A stretch of 64,000 nucleotides of DNA, from positions 23-64,022 of the forward strand of contig JBJMWI010000138.1 in the NCBI GenBank assembly GCA_045810225.1, written 5' to 3'. Each line of letters opens with the position of its first letter. Within the stretch, counting starts at the first letter, position 1. The position numbers and the translations under genes are program-made. Under the pieces are notes generated by a model, which saw nothing but the letters and a program-made list of their open reading frames with translations, did not search any database and was not told the origin of the DNA. Below, piece by piece: positions 1 through 8,770 of the stretch. The stretch is from Burkholderiales bacterium (GTDB taxonomy: Bacteria > Pseudomonadota > Gammaproteobacteria > Burkholderiales > JACQAP01).

Positions 1-59
1 TTCGCTGATGCGAGCGCGCTCAAAATTGCATCGTTAATAATCTTTCCGTATCGCCATCC

Positions 60-512
60 ATGCTGACCGCGCTGAAAAACATTTTTGCGGAGATTGCCGG
101 AGGAGATGCCGCAGCATCAGCCATCTCCGAGGAGCATCAACTGCGCATGGCGGTGGCGGCATTGCTGCACGAGATGATGCGCGTTGATGCTGAGGAAACG
201 CCGGAGGAAGCGCGGATTGCGCGCGCGGGACTGATGGGCATGTTCGGCATGCCGGAACCAGAGGCCAAGGCCTTGCTCGATGAAGCGGGCAGCAAACGCC
301 TGACGTCCTACTTCGACCCGGCCTCCACGATCAAGCGCGTACTTTCGTTAGGCCAGCGCACCGTGCTGGTGGAAAATCTTTGGCGCGTGGCGTTCGCGGA
401 TGACGAACTGGATGTTTACGAAGACCAGTTCGTCCGCAAGATCGCCGACCTGCTGTATGTCTCCAACACTGAATGCATGCTGGCGCGGCAGAGAGCGAAA
501 CAACAGGACTGA
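60..512 (+). CDS. TerB-like (tellurite-resistance TerB / DjlA N-terminal type) family protein
   Basis: 150-aa ORF. Helical protein with the segment ENLWRVAFADDELDVYEDQFVRKIADLL, typical of the TerB-like fold family. The family call is from memory and there is no catalytic motif. Confidence 0.6.
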   Translation: MLTALKNIFAEIAGGDAAASAISEEHQLRMAVAALLHEMMRVDAEETPEEARIARAGLMGMFGMPEPEAKALLDEAGSKRLTSYFDPASTIKRVLSLGQRTVLVENLWRVAFADDELDVYEDQFVRKIADLLYVSNTECMLARQRAKQQD

Positions 513-609
513 GGTGCGAGGACTGAGGACTGAGTGAAGTACCTAGAACAAATGGCCGCGATGCGGCCGGATTTTACTCAGTCCTCATCACTCAGTCCTC
601 AGTCCTTTT
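506..609. terminator. Nested hairpins between convergent genes (bidirectional terminator) built from GGACTGAG repeats
   Basis: A perfect 19-bp stem pairs 519-537 (aggactgaggactgagtga) with 588-606, followed by TTTT at 606-609. An inner hairpin GGCCGC-GAT-GCGGCC at 554-568 is followed by GGATTTT. The element lies between the TerB-like stop (510-512) and the metalloprotease stop (611-613). Confidence 0.6.
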
Positions 610-610
610 C

Positions 611-3139
611 TTACGGCACTTTCCCAAGTTCCGAGCGCAAATCACGCAGATGAGCCAGCGTTTCAGTGTCTTTTGCGCGCTTGATCGCAGCCTCGAGCTT
701 GTCATAAAGATGCACGACACCTGAGCGCAACGAGGAGCGGAATTCGCTGGGTCGGCCGCGCTCCCGGCGATATTCCTTCGCAATATCGGCAAGGGGCGAC
801 GTTGCGGTACGCGAATAACCCAATCTCCCACCATTGGCGTGAACCGATCCGTCACTGAGCAATTTCTGCATGTCGATCGAAGTGGAACCGCCTTGTGGAT
901 CGTTGGTAGCGCCGGTCGCCACCAGCAACAAGGTTACATAGTTGCGTTGCAGTTCGCGCCGGTACAAAGTCACCACGGGGGTTTTCGCGTCAAGCTCCTG
1001 GAACAGTCCGTCGTTAAGATCTTTCAGCAAATCCATGCCCACGTAACCTTTGCCCGCCGGATCAGCTTGTCGCGCCTCGGCCATGCGTTGAAATACCCCC
1101 GAGTCCAGCAGCTGTCGCAACAGTTGCACATTGGTTCCCTGCAAGGCATCGGCGCCCCCCGTGGGACCAATGCGGCTCAATACGTCGCGATCAAGCAGAG
1201 CGCGCGGGGTCAGCAATGCCTTGTCGAGCAGGAACCTCACTGCCGCGCGCTGACGCTGAGCTTCCACCGGTTTGAACGGTGCCACGCCGCGTCCGGCGTG
1301 ATAGCGCGTTTCCTCCACGCCGCCCACGATCTTGGCGACCGCGGATAGTTCGCGATAACGCTGGACCATCAGCGACTGGTACATCTCGCGCAGGCGAACA
1401 TAGTCCCCGCCCAGCTTCGTCGTGGCCGGGACGAGCAACGGCATGACTCTGTCGATATTGCGCAACCCAAGCTCTGCCGCTTCGATTGGATCGCCGCCCA
1501 CGACATTCGTGTTTACTTTCGGATCGATGGTGGCATAGTCATCTTCGCCGCCGAAACGCAACATCGGATCGTCTACTTGCTTCGCCGCCAATTCATCGAG
1601 ATGCGGCCATTCTTCATCGGAACCCATGTCATTGGCGAAGGATCGGTACCCCCACTCGATTGCAAAGTAATCGTAAGGACCAAACTTCGGCAACAGATAG
1701 GCGTTGTCACCGGGTTGCGCGACATAATTGAGTCGCGCGTAGTCCATGATGGATGCCGAGGTACCCCATTTACTGGTCCATTCGGGACTGCGCAGCTGCG
1801 CGACGCTATAGGCGGAGTGCGCCTTGAAATTGTGCCTCAACCCGAGGGCGTGGCCGATTTCATGTGCAACGACATAGCGCAGCATGTCGCCGATCACATC
1901 GTCCGGTAACGGCAATTTTTGTGCTTTCGGATTAAGTGGCCCAACCTGCGTGAAATACCAGGTCTCGACGAGGCGCAAAACATCGTGCCAGAAAATGGCG
2001 TGCGAGGAGATGACTTCACCGCTGCGCGGATCGACCACGGCCGGACCCATCGCGTTCTGGCGTCCGCTGGGCGTCCAGCGGATAACGTTATAGCGAACGT
2101 CCTCAGGATCCCAGTTCGGGTCTTCCTCGGCTGACGGCGCATCTCGCACTTTGATGGCGTTGCTGAATCCCGCCTTTTCGAACACGTGGCCCCAGTCTTC
2201 GATGCCATCCTTGATGTACGGCCGCCATACCTCAGGCACTTCATTGCTGATGTAAAACACGATCGGTTGCACCGGATCCGACACTTGCGCTCGCGGATCT
2301 TTCTTCTCCAGACGGTAGCGCTGGATGAAGCCGCGCCGTACTTTGCCGTGCTCGTTGGTGCCGTAATCGTCGAAAGCCACGGAGAAATAGCCAACGCGGT
2401 CGTCTGCGAATCTAGGCGTCATCGGCTTGTCGGGCAGCAACAGCCAGCTGGTGTGGAAAATAAAGCCCAGGTGAGGAGGTATGCGGTCGGACTCGTCTTC
2501 GACGTTTTTTCTGAGCTCGGCAGCGGAAGGCACCCAGGTCTGGTGGAACCGGATGTCTATGCTTTGCGGAAACGCCTTCACGGTTTCGATGAACGAACGC
2601 TTCGGATCGACTGCATTCATGTGGAAATACTGCATGAACTCGAGCGCGAACCCATCCGGGACTTCGCTCACGAATAATCCGGTTATGTCGATCACCGGCG
2701 CCTCACCAGGGCCTTCCATGATGATGTCAAACGCCTTGATAACTGTGCGCAGCGACGCCGATTCAACGCCGCGCTGCAGGCTCGTCATGTCCTGGGCCCA
2801 CATTTCATAACGCACGTTCTCGAGATAGACCTTGTTACCGCGTCGGACCCAGCGGATCACCCGGTTGTCTACCACCGAACCCGGCGCGACATAGTCACTA
2901 CCGGTCGACAGCGCGGCAAATTCTGTATTGACCAGCATGTCACGATTCAGCATGTTCACTGGGAGCTCGAACATCACGTGGTCGCAGATCACGTGAACCT
3001 TGAACATTCCGGCCACCGTTTCAACCTTCTGGTCCATGCCTGCCGGGCACGAAGCCACCATCGCAACCGTCATGGCAAGGGAACCACGGCAAACACCCGC
3101 CGCGAACAGCAAAATAATCAAAGCCAGGAGCTTTCTCAT
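611..3139 (-). CDS. Secreted zinc-dependent metalloprotease (zincin, HEXXH...H)
   Basis: 842-aa ORF. It has the signal peptide MRKLLALIILLFAAGVCRGSLA and the zinc motif VAHEIGHALGLRHNF. Its size and flanking domains resemble the DUF5117/DUF4953-type secreted metalloproteases. Confidence 0.85.
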   Translation of the reverse strand: MRKLLALIILLFAAGVCRGSLAMTVAMVASCPAGMDQKVETVAGMFKVHVICDHVMFELPVNMLNRDMLVNTEFAALSTGSDYVAPGSVVDNRVIRWVRRGNKVYLENVRYEMWAQDMTSLQRGVESASLRTVIKAFDIIMEGPGEAPVIDITGLFVSEVPDGFALEFMQYFHMNAVDPKRSFIETVKAFPQSIDIRFHQTWVPSAAELRKNVEDESDRIPPHLGFIFHTSWLLLPDKPMTPRFADDRVGYFSVAFDDYGTNEHGKVRRGFIQRYRLEKKDPRAQVSDPVQPIVFYISNEVPEVWRPYIKDGIEDWGHVFEKAGFSNAIKVRDAPSAEEDPNWDPEDVRYNVIRWTPSGRQNAMGPAVVDPRSGEVISSHAIFWHDVLRLVETWYFTQVGPLNPKAQKLPLPDDVIGDMLRYVVAHEIGHALGLRHNFKAHSAYSVAQLRSPEWTSKWGTSASIMDYARLNYVAQPGDNAYLLPKFGPYDYFAIEWGYRSFANDMGSDEEWPHLDELAAKQVDDPMLRFGGEDDYATIDPKVNTNVVGGDPIEAAELGLRNIDRVMPLLVPATTKLGGDYVRLREMYQSLMVQRYRELSAVAKIVGGVEETRYHAGRGVAPFKPVEAQRQRAAVRFLLDKALLTPRALLDRDVLSRIGPTGGADALQGTNVQLLRQLLDSGVFQRMAEARQADPAGKGYVGMDLLKDLNDGLFQELDAKTPVVTLYRRELQRNYVTLLLVATGATNDPQGGSTSIDMQKLLSDGSVHANGGRLGYSRTATSPLADIAKEYRRERGRPSEFRSSLRSGVVHLYDKLEAAIKRAKDTETLAHLRDLRSELGKVP

Positions 3140-3177
3140 TGTTACCTTCTCACCAAAAATCGGACACGCGCGCTGTC

Positions 3178-3211
3178 AATAAAAACGGGCCGACTGCATA
3201 TAGTCGGCCCG
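3178..3211 (-). terminator. Rho-independent terminator (minus strand)
   Basis: A 10-bp stem pairs cgggccgact (3186-3195) with agtcggcccg (3202-3211) around the loop gcatat. On the minus strand it is followed by TTTTTATT (3178-3185). It lies downstream of the HExxH gene pair and upstream of the metalloprotease start. Confidence 0.65.
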
Positions 3212-3472
3212 CCTTTGCATCCGCGCTATTTACTTTCCTGTTTTTTTATTCAGCGCGCTCTGATTGCAGCAACCGATCGGCAGTTATACGGCCGGTTGGC
3301 TGGAGCAGATGCAGGCACGTGCAATATGGACGATCAGCACCACCCATTATGCTCCGTAAACCGGGACAGTGCGGCGTCTGCTACTTGCGTATCAAATTCC
3401 CGTGCGAACTAACTGGATTGTTTTATCCGGCTTGGCCGGCGGCGGTCAAGCCGTGCCAAATCAGGGATGGCG

Positions 3473-3913
3473 CTACTTGGAGGAAGCTTTGTCGTCTGCG
3501 CACTTGCCGTTCCAGCCCAGTACCATTGCGCGACGGGCCGCATTCACCTGCGAGAGATAACGGTTCTGAATTTCGTACGCCTCGAATTCCTCGGAGACCC
3601 GCCTGGTGCAGAAGTCCCGGACGTCTTCGAACTTGCCAGTGGTTTTCTGCATGTGGTGCACCAGCTCATGCAACAGGATCGAGCGATCGAACGGGTCGTT
3701 GCGCAAGTCCAGCGAATCGTCGATCACCACTCCGGTGTCGGGATGGTAATAAGCCTTGATGTGGCAGGGCCGACCGTCGCACAACCTGCGCTGGATCTCA
3801 GTTTTCGGCAGAGCAATTACGTCCGGAAACGCTGCCGGCGCCGGATAGCCCGATAGTAGCTTGATAGCGGTGAATAGCTCTGCAAGCAGAGACACCAGTG
3901 CGGAATGATCCAA
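3473..3913 (-). CDS. Small HExxH protein, paralog A (putative minimal zinc metallopeptidase, uncharacterised family)
   Basis: 146-aa ORF. A TTG start is preceded by GGGAG at 6-nt spacing. It contains the motif LLHELVHHMQ and, downstream, EEFEAYEIQNRYL. It is clearly homologous to the adjacent ORF. Confidence 0.7.
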   Translation of the reverse strand: MDHSALVSLLAELFTAIKLLSGYPAPAAFPDVIALPKTEIQRRLCDGRPCHIKAYYHPDTGVVIDDSLDLRNDPFDRSILLHELVHHMQKTTGKFEDVRDFCTRRVSEEFEAYEIQNRYLSQVNAARRAMVLGWNGKCADDKASSK

Positions 3914-3930
3914 TGCTACTCCCTGGAACG

Positions 3931-4485
3931 TTACTTCACGCGCGCGATTTCATCATCACAATTGGCTCGCCATGCTTTGACATTGACGCGATGCGGGTCA
4001 TGCATTTCTTCCAGATAACGGTTTTGAATCTCGTAGGCCTGACGCTCGGCCGCATACCAGCGGTCGCAGGCGGAAGGCATTTTCTGGAAAGTTCCACTCA
4101 CGCGCTGCAAGTGGTGGACGAGTTCGTGCAGCAGGACAGACTGGGCAAAGCTGTCATTTTCGAGATCGAAAGTCTCATCGATATAAATTCCCTCGCCCGG
4201 CCTATAGAACGCTTGGGCGGTACAAGCTCCTTTGCAGAAGCGTTGCTGGATCTCAGCGATGGGAGCTTGATGGATTTCTGGAACTGCCTTGCTCAGAGGA
4301 TAGCCTGACAACGAATGGATCGAGGCAAGCAACTGAATTGCCAGAGAAGCGAGGGAAATCGAGTCCATAGGATCGTAGTCCTGGACCGGCGTTCCCCCCG
4401 ACCCGCCGGGCCGGTGAATAATCTTGTTGGCCGTTGCTGTCGCAAGTTCCAGGCCATGGGCTGATAAGCTCATCGTTTGCGGCAT
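3931..4485 (-). CDS. Small HExxH protein, paralog B
   Basis: 184-aa ORF with LLHELVHHLQ and ERQAYEIQNRYL. An alternative start at M40 (nt 4368) would align with the paralog A N-terminus (MDSISLASL... versus MDHSALVSL...). Its stop lies 17 nt before the paralog A start. Confidence 0.7.
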   Translation of the reverse strand: MPQTMSLSAHGLELATATANKIIHRPGGSGGTPVQDYDPMDSISLASLAIQLLASIHSLSGYPLSKAVPEIHQAPIAEIQQRFCKGACTAQAFYRPGEGIYIDETFDLENDSFAQSVLLHELVHHLQRVSGTFQKMPSACDRWYAAERQAYEIQNRYLEEMHDPHRVNVKAWRANCDDEIARVK

Positions 4486-4572
4486 TGCACCTCAGTAATT
4501 TCGCGGCTTGGCTGCCGCCAATGCTGTTTTTACCCAAACCGGACTGAGTCCATCGGTAAAAAGTACCGATTG

Positions 4573-5418
4573 TTAGCTTTCGCGCGCCAACCACCTGATA
4601 CGCCGGCTGCCTCCACCATCCCGGGACAACAGAGGCTCCAGCCACGCCAGCATGGCGCGCGCTTCTTCTTCGAAGCCGAACGGCGGATTCACCACCAGCA
4701 GACCGCATCCCCGCATGCCTTCTCCATGTCCGTCAGGCCTGACAGACAGTTCCAATTGCAGAATCTTGCGGATGCCGGTGGCTGTGATTTGCCGTTCGAA
4801 TGCGGTCATGGCCAACGGTTCCATGAGCGGATACCAAAGGCCATAAATACCGGTTGCAAACCGGCGATGCGCCTCGGCAAGCCCCTTGACCAAACGATCG
4901 AACTCGCGCGCGCGGTCGAAGGAAGAGTCGATAAAAATTAATCCACGCCGCTCCTTCGGTGGAAGAAAGGCCTTCAGCGCCTGGTAGCCGTCCATCAAAT
5001 GCACCGCCGTCTGCCGATCACCGGCAAACAAGGCGCCCAGGCTTTGGCAGTCCTTTTTGTTCAACTCGACCAGGGCCATGCGATCCGCCGAACGCAGCAG
5101 CCGGCGCGCAATGCGTGGCGAACCTGGATAAAAGCGCAATGAGCCCAAACTGTTCTCGCCTCTTATTGCCTCAAAGTAGGGAATAAACAAGTCGGGCACA
5201 TCGCTGCGGCCCCAAATCAGTGCGATGCCGTCTCTGAATTCGGCGTTCTTCAGCGCCCACTCATGCGTCAAGTCGTAGCGCCCGAGGCCGGCGTGAGTGT
5301 CCAGCACGAAGAACGGGTTGTCTTTTTTTTCCAGTCCCAAAACCAGACGGCACAGCAGCGAGTGCTTGAACACATCGGCAAAATTGCCGGCATGGAATAA
5401 ATGTCGGTAGGCGAGCAT
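4573..5418 (-). CDS. rlmJ: 23S rRNA (adenine2030-N6)-methyltransferase RlmJ
   Basis: 281 aa. The N-terminus MLAYRHLFHAGNFADVFKH and the catalytic motif VVNPPFGFE match the RlmJ family signature. Confidence 0.85.
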   Translation of the reverse strand: MLAYRHLFHAGNFADVFKHSLLCRLVLGLEKKDNPFFVLDTHAGLGRYDLTHEWALKNAEFRDGIALIWGRSDVPDLFIPYFEAIRGENSLGSLRFYPGSPRIARRLLRSADRMALVELNKKDCQSLGALFAGDRQTAVHLMDGYQALKAFLPPKERRGLIFIDSSFDRAREFDRLVKGLAEAHRRFATGIYGLWYPLMEPLAMTAFERQITATGIRKILQLELSVRPDGHGEGMRGCGLLVVNPPFGFEEEARAMLAWLEPLLSRDGGGSRRIRWLARES

Positions 5419-5553
5419 GAATCGTGAGCCGGGTCAGACGTGGAGCGTGCCTGCGCTATAGAGCAAAGGCCAGGATGTCATCCCAGGCCTTCGTTATGGA
5501 TCTCATGGGATAATCCGCGGTCTATCAACGGAATCCCACGCAGGAATATCGCT

Positions 5554-5928
5554 ATGGCCGCCGAGAATACACCCGAACTCAAGATGGACCCCGCGAACTT
5601 GTATCGCGAGGAAATATTCACCGATCGCAAAATAGGGACGATCCGGGTTATGAGCCCGGTCAAGAGTGATAGCTCGGCGGACTTGAGCCGCAAAGTGATT
5701 TACGTCGGCGAAACGCAACTGATGACACCGGTCGGTGCGCTTCCGCTAGCTTTCGAAATAGAGGCCGATTCCCTTGGCCAGGCTTCGGTGAAATTTGCCG
5801 AAGTAGCCGCTGGAGCCGTCGAGCGTGCCGTGAAGGAATTGCAGGATATGCGCCGCCAGCAAAGCTCGTCGATTGTCATCCCGGAAGGCATCCCGCCTGG
5901 TCTGAGTAGCAAGATTAAAATGCCGTGA
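5554..5928 (+). CDS. Conserved hypothetical cytoplasmic protein
   Basis: The ORF-track entry 5440-5928 is trimmed to the ATG at 5554 (MAAENTPELK...). The upstream part is low-complexity and overlaps the rlmJ promoter region. I recognise no motif. Confidence 0.55.
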   Translation: MAAENTPELKMDPANLYREEIFTDRKIGTIRVMSPVKSDSSADLSRKVIYVGETQLMTPVGALPLAFEIEADSLGQASVKFAEVAAGAVERAVKELQDMRRQQSSSIVIPEGIPPGLSSKIKMP

Positions 5929-5946
5929 CGACGTGAGAATCGTGAC
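5923..5946. repeat. CGTGAC-array module (half element)
   Basis: The sequence is ccgtgacgacgtgagaatcgtgac, with GTGAC/GTGAG/GTGAC at 5925, 5933 and 5942 (8/9-bp spacing). It matches the reverse complement of 54160-54183 at 22 of 24 positions. It overlaps the stop codon at 5926-5928. Confidence 0.6.
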
Positions 5947-5972
5947 CCTCGGTAAGGCGGGCGGCGCGGCTT

Positions 5973-6974
5973 TTATTCGCCGTAATCAAGCGCTCGTGCC
6001 TTTCCCCAAAACACCCGATACGAAAAGACCGTGTAGCCGATAATCATCGGCAGCACGACACAGGTCCCGACGAAGACGAACATCAGCGATTCTGGCGCCG
6101 CAGCTGCCTGCCAGATGTTCATGCGCTCGACGACCAGATCGGGAAACAGGCTGTAGGCCAGCCCTGCGAACGCAAACACAAAGACCCAGACCGACAATAC
6201 AAAAGGCAGCCACTCGCGGCGCGAGTGCCCATGCTGAAGTTGCCTCACGGAGATCAGAATCCCGGCAAGCGCCCCTGCCGTTAGCAGCGGCAAGGGTGAC
6301 AGCCAAACCCATCGGGGCCATGCAAACCATTTATCCATGATGACGGCGCTGGCCAACGGCGTCGCCACGCTGATGGCCGCAACGCCGATCGCGGCAAGCA
6401 CCACTGCTCCATAAGCCCAGCGCAGCGCCCGCTGGTGCAGGTCGCCCTCCATTTTGATGACCAGCCAGGTAGAGCCAAGCAGTGCATACGCCCCGGTAAG
6501 TCCGGCACCGACAAGCAACTCGAATGCAAGAAAGAATGGCCCTCGCCTGAAGCCGGTGATAAGCCCGGCCAGCATTGCACCTTGCGCAATGGATGCACCG
6601 AGCGAGCCAACGAAAAATAAGTGGTTCCACATCGTCTGGTGCCATCCCGAGGCCTTCAGACGAAACTCGAAAGACACGCCGCGCAGGATCAGGCAAACCA
6701 GCATCGCCGCCACTTCAAGATATAGCGCCGGCAGAATCACGCCGTGAGCGTGCGGAAAAGCTACCAGCAGGATTCCCACTCCGAGCACCAGCCAGGTTTC
6801 GTTGGCATCCCAGAACGGGCCAATGGAGGCGACCATAAGATCCTGTTCCGCGCGTGAAGCCAGGGGCAGCAAGATGCCCACGCCTAGATCGAAACCATCG
6901 AGAATCACGTAAGCCAGTATGGCCAATGCCATCAGCATGGCGAAGACGAGTGGCAGATCAAGTTGCATCGTCAT
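5973..6974 (-). CDS. cydB: Cytochrome bd-type ubiquinol oxidase subunit II
   Basis: The ORF is trimmed to MTMQLDLPLVFAMLMALAILAYVILDGFDLGVGILLPL, a typical CydB N-terminus. It is polytopic. Its ATG overlaps the cydA stop as ATGA (6971-6974). Confidence 0.85.
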   Translation of the reverse strand: MTMQLDLPLVFAMLMALAILAYVILDGFDLGVGILLPLASRAEQDLMVASIGPFWDANETWLVLGVGILLVAFPHAHGVILPALYLEVAAMLVCLILRGVSFEFRLKASGWHQTMWNHLFFVGSLGASIAQGAMLAGLITGFRRGPFFLAFELLVGAGLTGAYALLGSTWLVIKMEGDLHQRALRWAYGAVVLAAIGVAAISVATPLASAVIMDKWFAWPRWVWLSPLPLLTAGALAGILISVRQLQHGHSRREWLPFVLSVWVFVFAFAGLAYSLFPDLVVERMNIWQAAAAPESLMFVFVGTCVVLPMIIGYTVFSYRVFWGKARALDYGE

Positions 6975-8323
6975 AGCACCTGCGCAACGAAACTGCCGGG
7001 GAGCGGCTCTTCGCGGCCTTGGCACTCTGCTTCCTTGCGTGCCAGTTGCGTGATGACGACCATATACGAAACCAGCAGCAGGCCGTAAACCAGCGCGTAA
7101 CCAATGAGCGTGATGGCGATATTTCCGGCAGGGACTGCCGAGGCTGTCTCCGCGGTGAGGAGGACGCCATAGACCAGATAGGGCTGACGTCCAATTTCCG
7201 TGGTCATCCAACCAGCCAGCACGGCGAGCCAGCCCGAAAACGCCATGGCGGCATACACCCGCAACAGCCAGTTGGGAAAGCGGCGCCGGCGAACCAAATG
7301 AAGCACGCCAAGCCAGGAACTGGCCAGCATGAGCAGACCCACGCCGACCATTACACGAAAAGTCCAGAAAACCGTTGCAACGGGAGGGTGCTTGTCGCCG
7401 AATTCATCAAGGCCCTTTACCTCTCCCTGCAAGTCATGCGTCAGGATCAGGCTTGCGCCTTTCGGCAGTGCAAGAGCGTAGTCATTGCTTCGGGTTTGGT
7501 GGTTTGGCAGGGCAAACAGCAGCAGCGGCGCGCCCCGCTCGGTACGCCACAAACCTTCGATCGCAGCGATTTTGGCCGGCTGGTGTGCGAGCGTATTCAA
7601 ACCATGCAGATCTCCGACCAGTATTTGTATCGGCGTAAACAGCGCGGCAATTAATACGCCGAGCCGCAACATGCGCGCTGCCGGTTCGAACGCGCGGTTT
7701 CGCAACAGCTGGTAGGCGGAAAGCCCGGCCACCAGAAAAGCCGCCGTGAGCCCCGAAGCGATCATCATGTGCGCCAGGCGATATGGAAAACTCGGATTGA
7801 AAATAACCGCCATCCAACTTGTGGCATGCAACTGGCCGTTGATAATCTCGTATCCCTGCGGCGTCTGCATCCAGGAATTGAGCGCGAGAATCCAAAACGC
7901 TGAAGCCGACGTACCGATCGCAACTAGCAACGCCGACACGGTGTGCATCCACGCCGGCACGCGGTCGCGGCCGAACAGCATGACGCCCAAAAAAGTCGCT
8001 TCGAGAAAAAACGCGGTCAGCACCTCATAGCCCAACAATGGTCCGGCGATGTTGCCCGCGGTGTTCATGAAGCCGGGCCAGTTCGTACCAAACTGGAAAC
8101 TCATGGTGATGCCTGAAACAACGCCCAGCGCGAACGACAGCGCGAATACCTTTACCCAGAGCCGGTAGGCCACGTTGCACCAGGCGTCATTGAACAATTC
8201 AATGCGTACACGCAGATAAAACAGTATCCAGGCGAGCGCGATAGTGATGCTGGGAAAAAGGATGTGGAAGCCGATGTTGAGACCGAACTGGGCGCGCGCA
8301 AGTAGCAATGGATCCGGCGACAT
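6971..8323 (-). CDS. cydA: Cytochrome bd-type ubiquinol oxidase subunit I (short form, 450 aa)
   Basis: The N-terminus LLLARAQFGLNIGFHILFPSITIALAW and the polytopic profile are typical of CydA. The length implies a short Q-loop (CIO-like). Confidence 0.9.
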   Translation of the reverse strand: MSPDPLLLARAQFGLNIGFHILFPSITIALAWILFYLRVRIELFNDAWCNVAYRLWVKVFALSFALGVVSGITMSFQFGTNWPGFMNTAGNIAGPLLGYEVLTAFFLEATFLGVMLFGRDRVPAWMHTVSALLVAIGTSASAFWILALNSWMQTPQGYEIINGQLHATSWMAVIFNPSFPYRLAHMMIASGLTAAFLVAGLSAYQLLRNRAFEPAARMLRLGVLIAALFTPIQILVGDLHGLNTLAHQPAKIAAIEGLWRTERGAPLLLFALPNHQTRSNDYALALPKGASLILTHDLQGEVKGLDEFGDKHPPVATVFWTFRVMVGVGLLMLASSWLGVLHLVRRRRFPNWLLRVYAAMAFSGWLAVLAGWMTTEIGRQPYLVYGVLLTAETASAVPAGNIAITLIGYALVYGLLLVSYMVVITQLARKEAECQGREEPLPGSFVAQVL

Positions 8324-8430
8324 GATGATTCTCGAAAAAGACGCGATAAGTTTAGCGCGTATACCGGCTGCAAAGTCCTGTTCGGCCGCGCAACTTGACT
8401 ATATGTATAGTTGTATGCACACTGGATCGG

Positions 8431-8724
8431 ATGCGTAAGCAACCAGCCAAGCCCGTTGGGCGGCATTCCGCGCGCCGCACCCGCAATGGCGGCAATCAGA
8501 TCAACGAAGCAACAGCCTCCCCACGGGGAAAAATCCGGCTGACGATGTACCTTGACATGGCAGTCGTCGAATATTTTCGTTCTCGTGCCGGGGGCCGGGG
8601 TTACCAGACGCTGATCAATGAGGCGCTGAAGCAGGCAATTGAGCAGGAAAACCTCGAAGACGTACTGCGCCGCGTCATCCGGGAAGAAGCGCGTCCCTAC
8701 CAGGCGGGGAAGGGCAAGGCTTGA
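8431..8724 (+). CDS. BrnA-like antitoxin family protein (ribbon-helix-helix C-terminus), no adjacent toxin
   Basis: The ORF is trimmed to the ATG at 8431. The segment KIRLTMYLDMAVVEYFRSRAGGRGYQTLINEALKQAI matches the BrnA-type pattern (R-hTh-RLD...GYQT-IN-ALR). Confidence 0.6.
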   Translation: MRKQPAKPVGRHSARRTRNGGNQINEATASPRGKIRLTMYLDMAVVEYFRSRAGGRGYQTLINEALKQAIEQENLEDVLRRVIREEARPYQAGKGKA

Positions 8725-8770
8725 TCATCGGATCCGCGCTTGCGACATCCGTCCACCCGATACACGCCGC

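Noticed and set aside
3246-3347. A 33-codon ORF (MGGADRPYCTCLHLLQ...) with a GGAG 4 nt upstream, lying between the HExxH genes and the terminator at 3178-3211.
   Set aside because: Its third-position GC is only about 47% by my count, well below the neighbouring genes. It is very short and has no motif.
5973-7211. N-terminal extensions of track ORFs. Examples are cydB 412 aa, the ABC fusion 975 aa, ada 411 aa, the epoxide hydrolase 358 aa, the chrA halves, the diguanylate cyclase 468 aa, rbgA 312 aa, and uvrD-like 727 aa.
   Set aside because: The extensions overlap upstream genes or repeat elements and translate to low-complexity Arg/Gly/Cys-rich sequence. Internal ATGs that carry SD sequences or ATGA coupling give canonical family N-termini, so the genes were trimmed.
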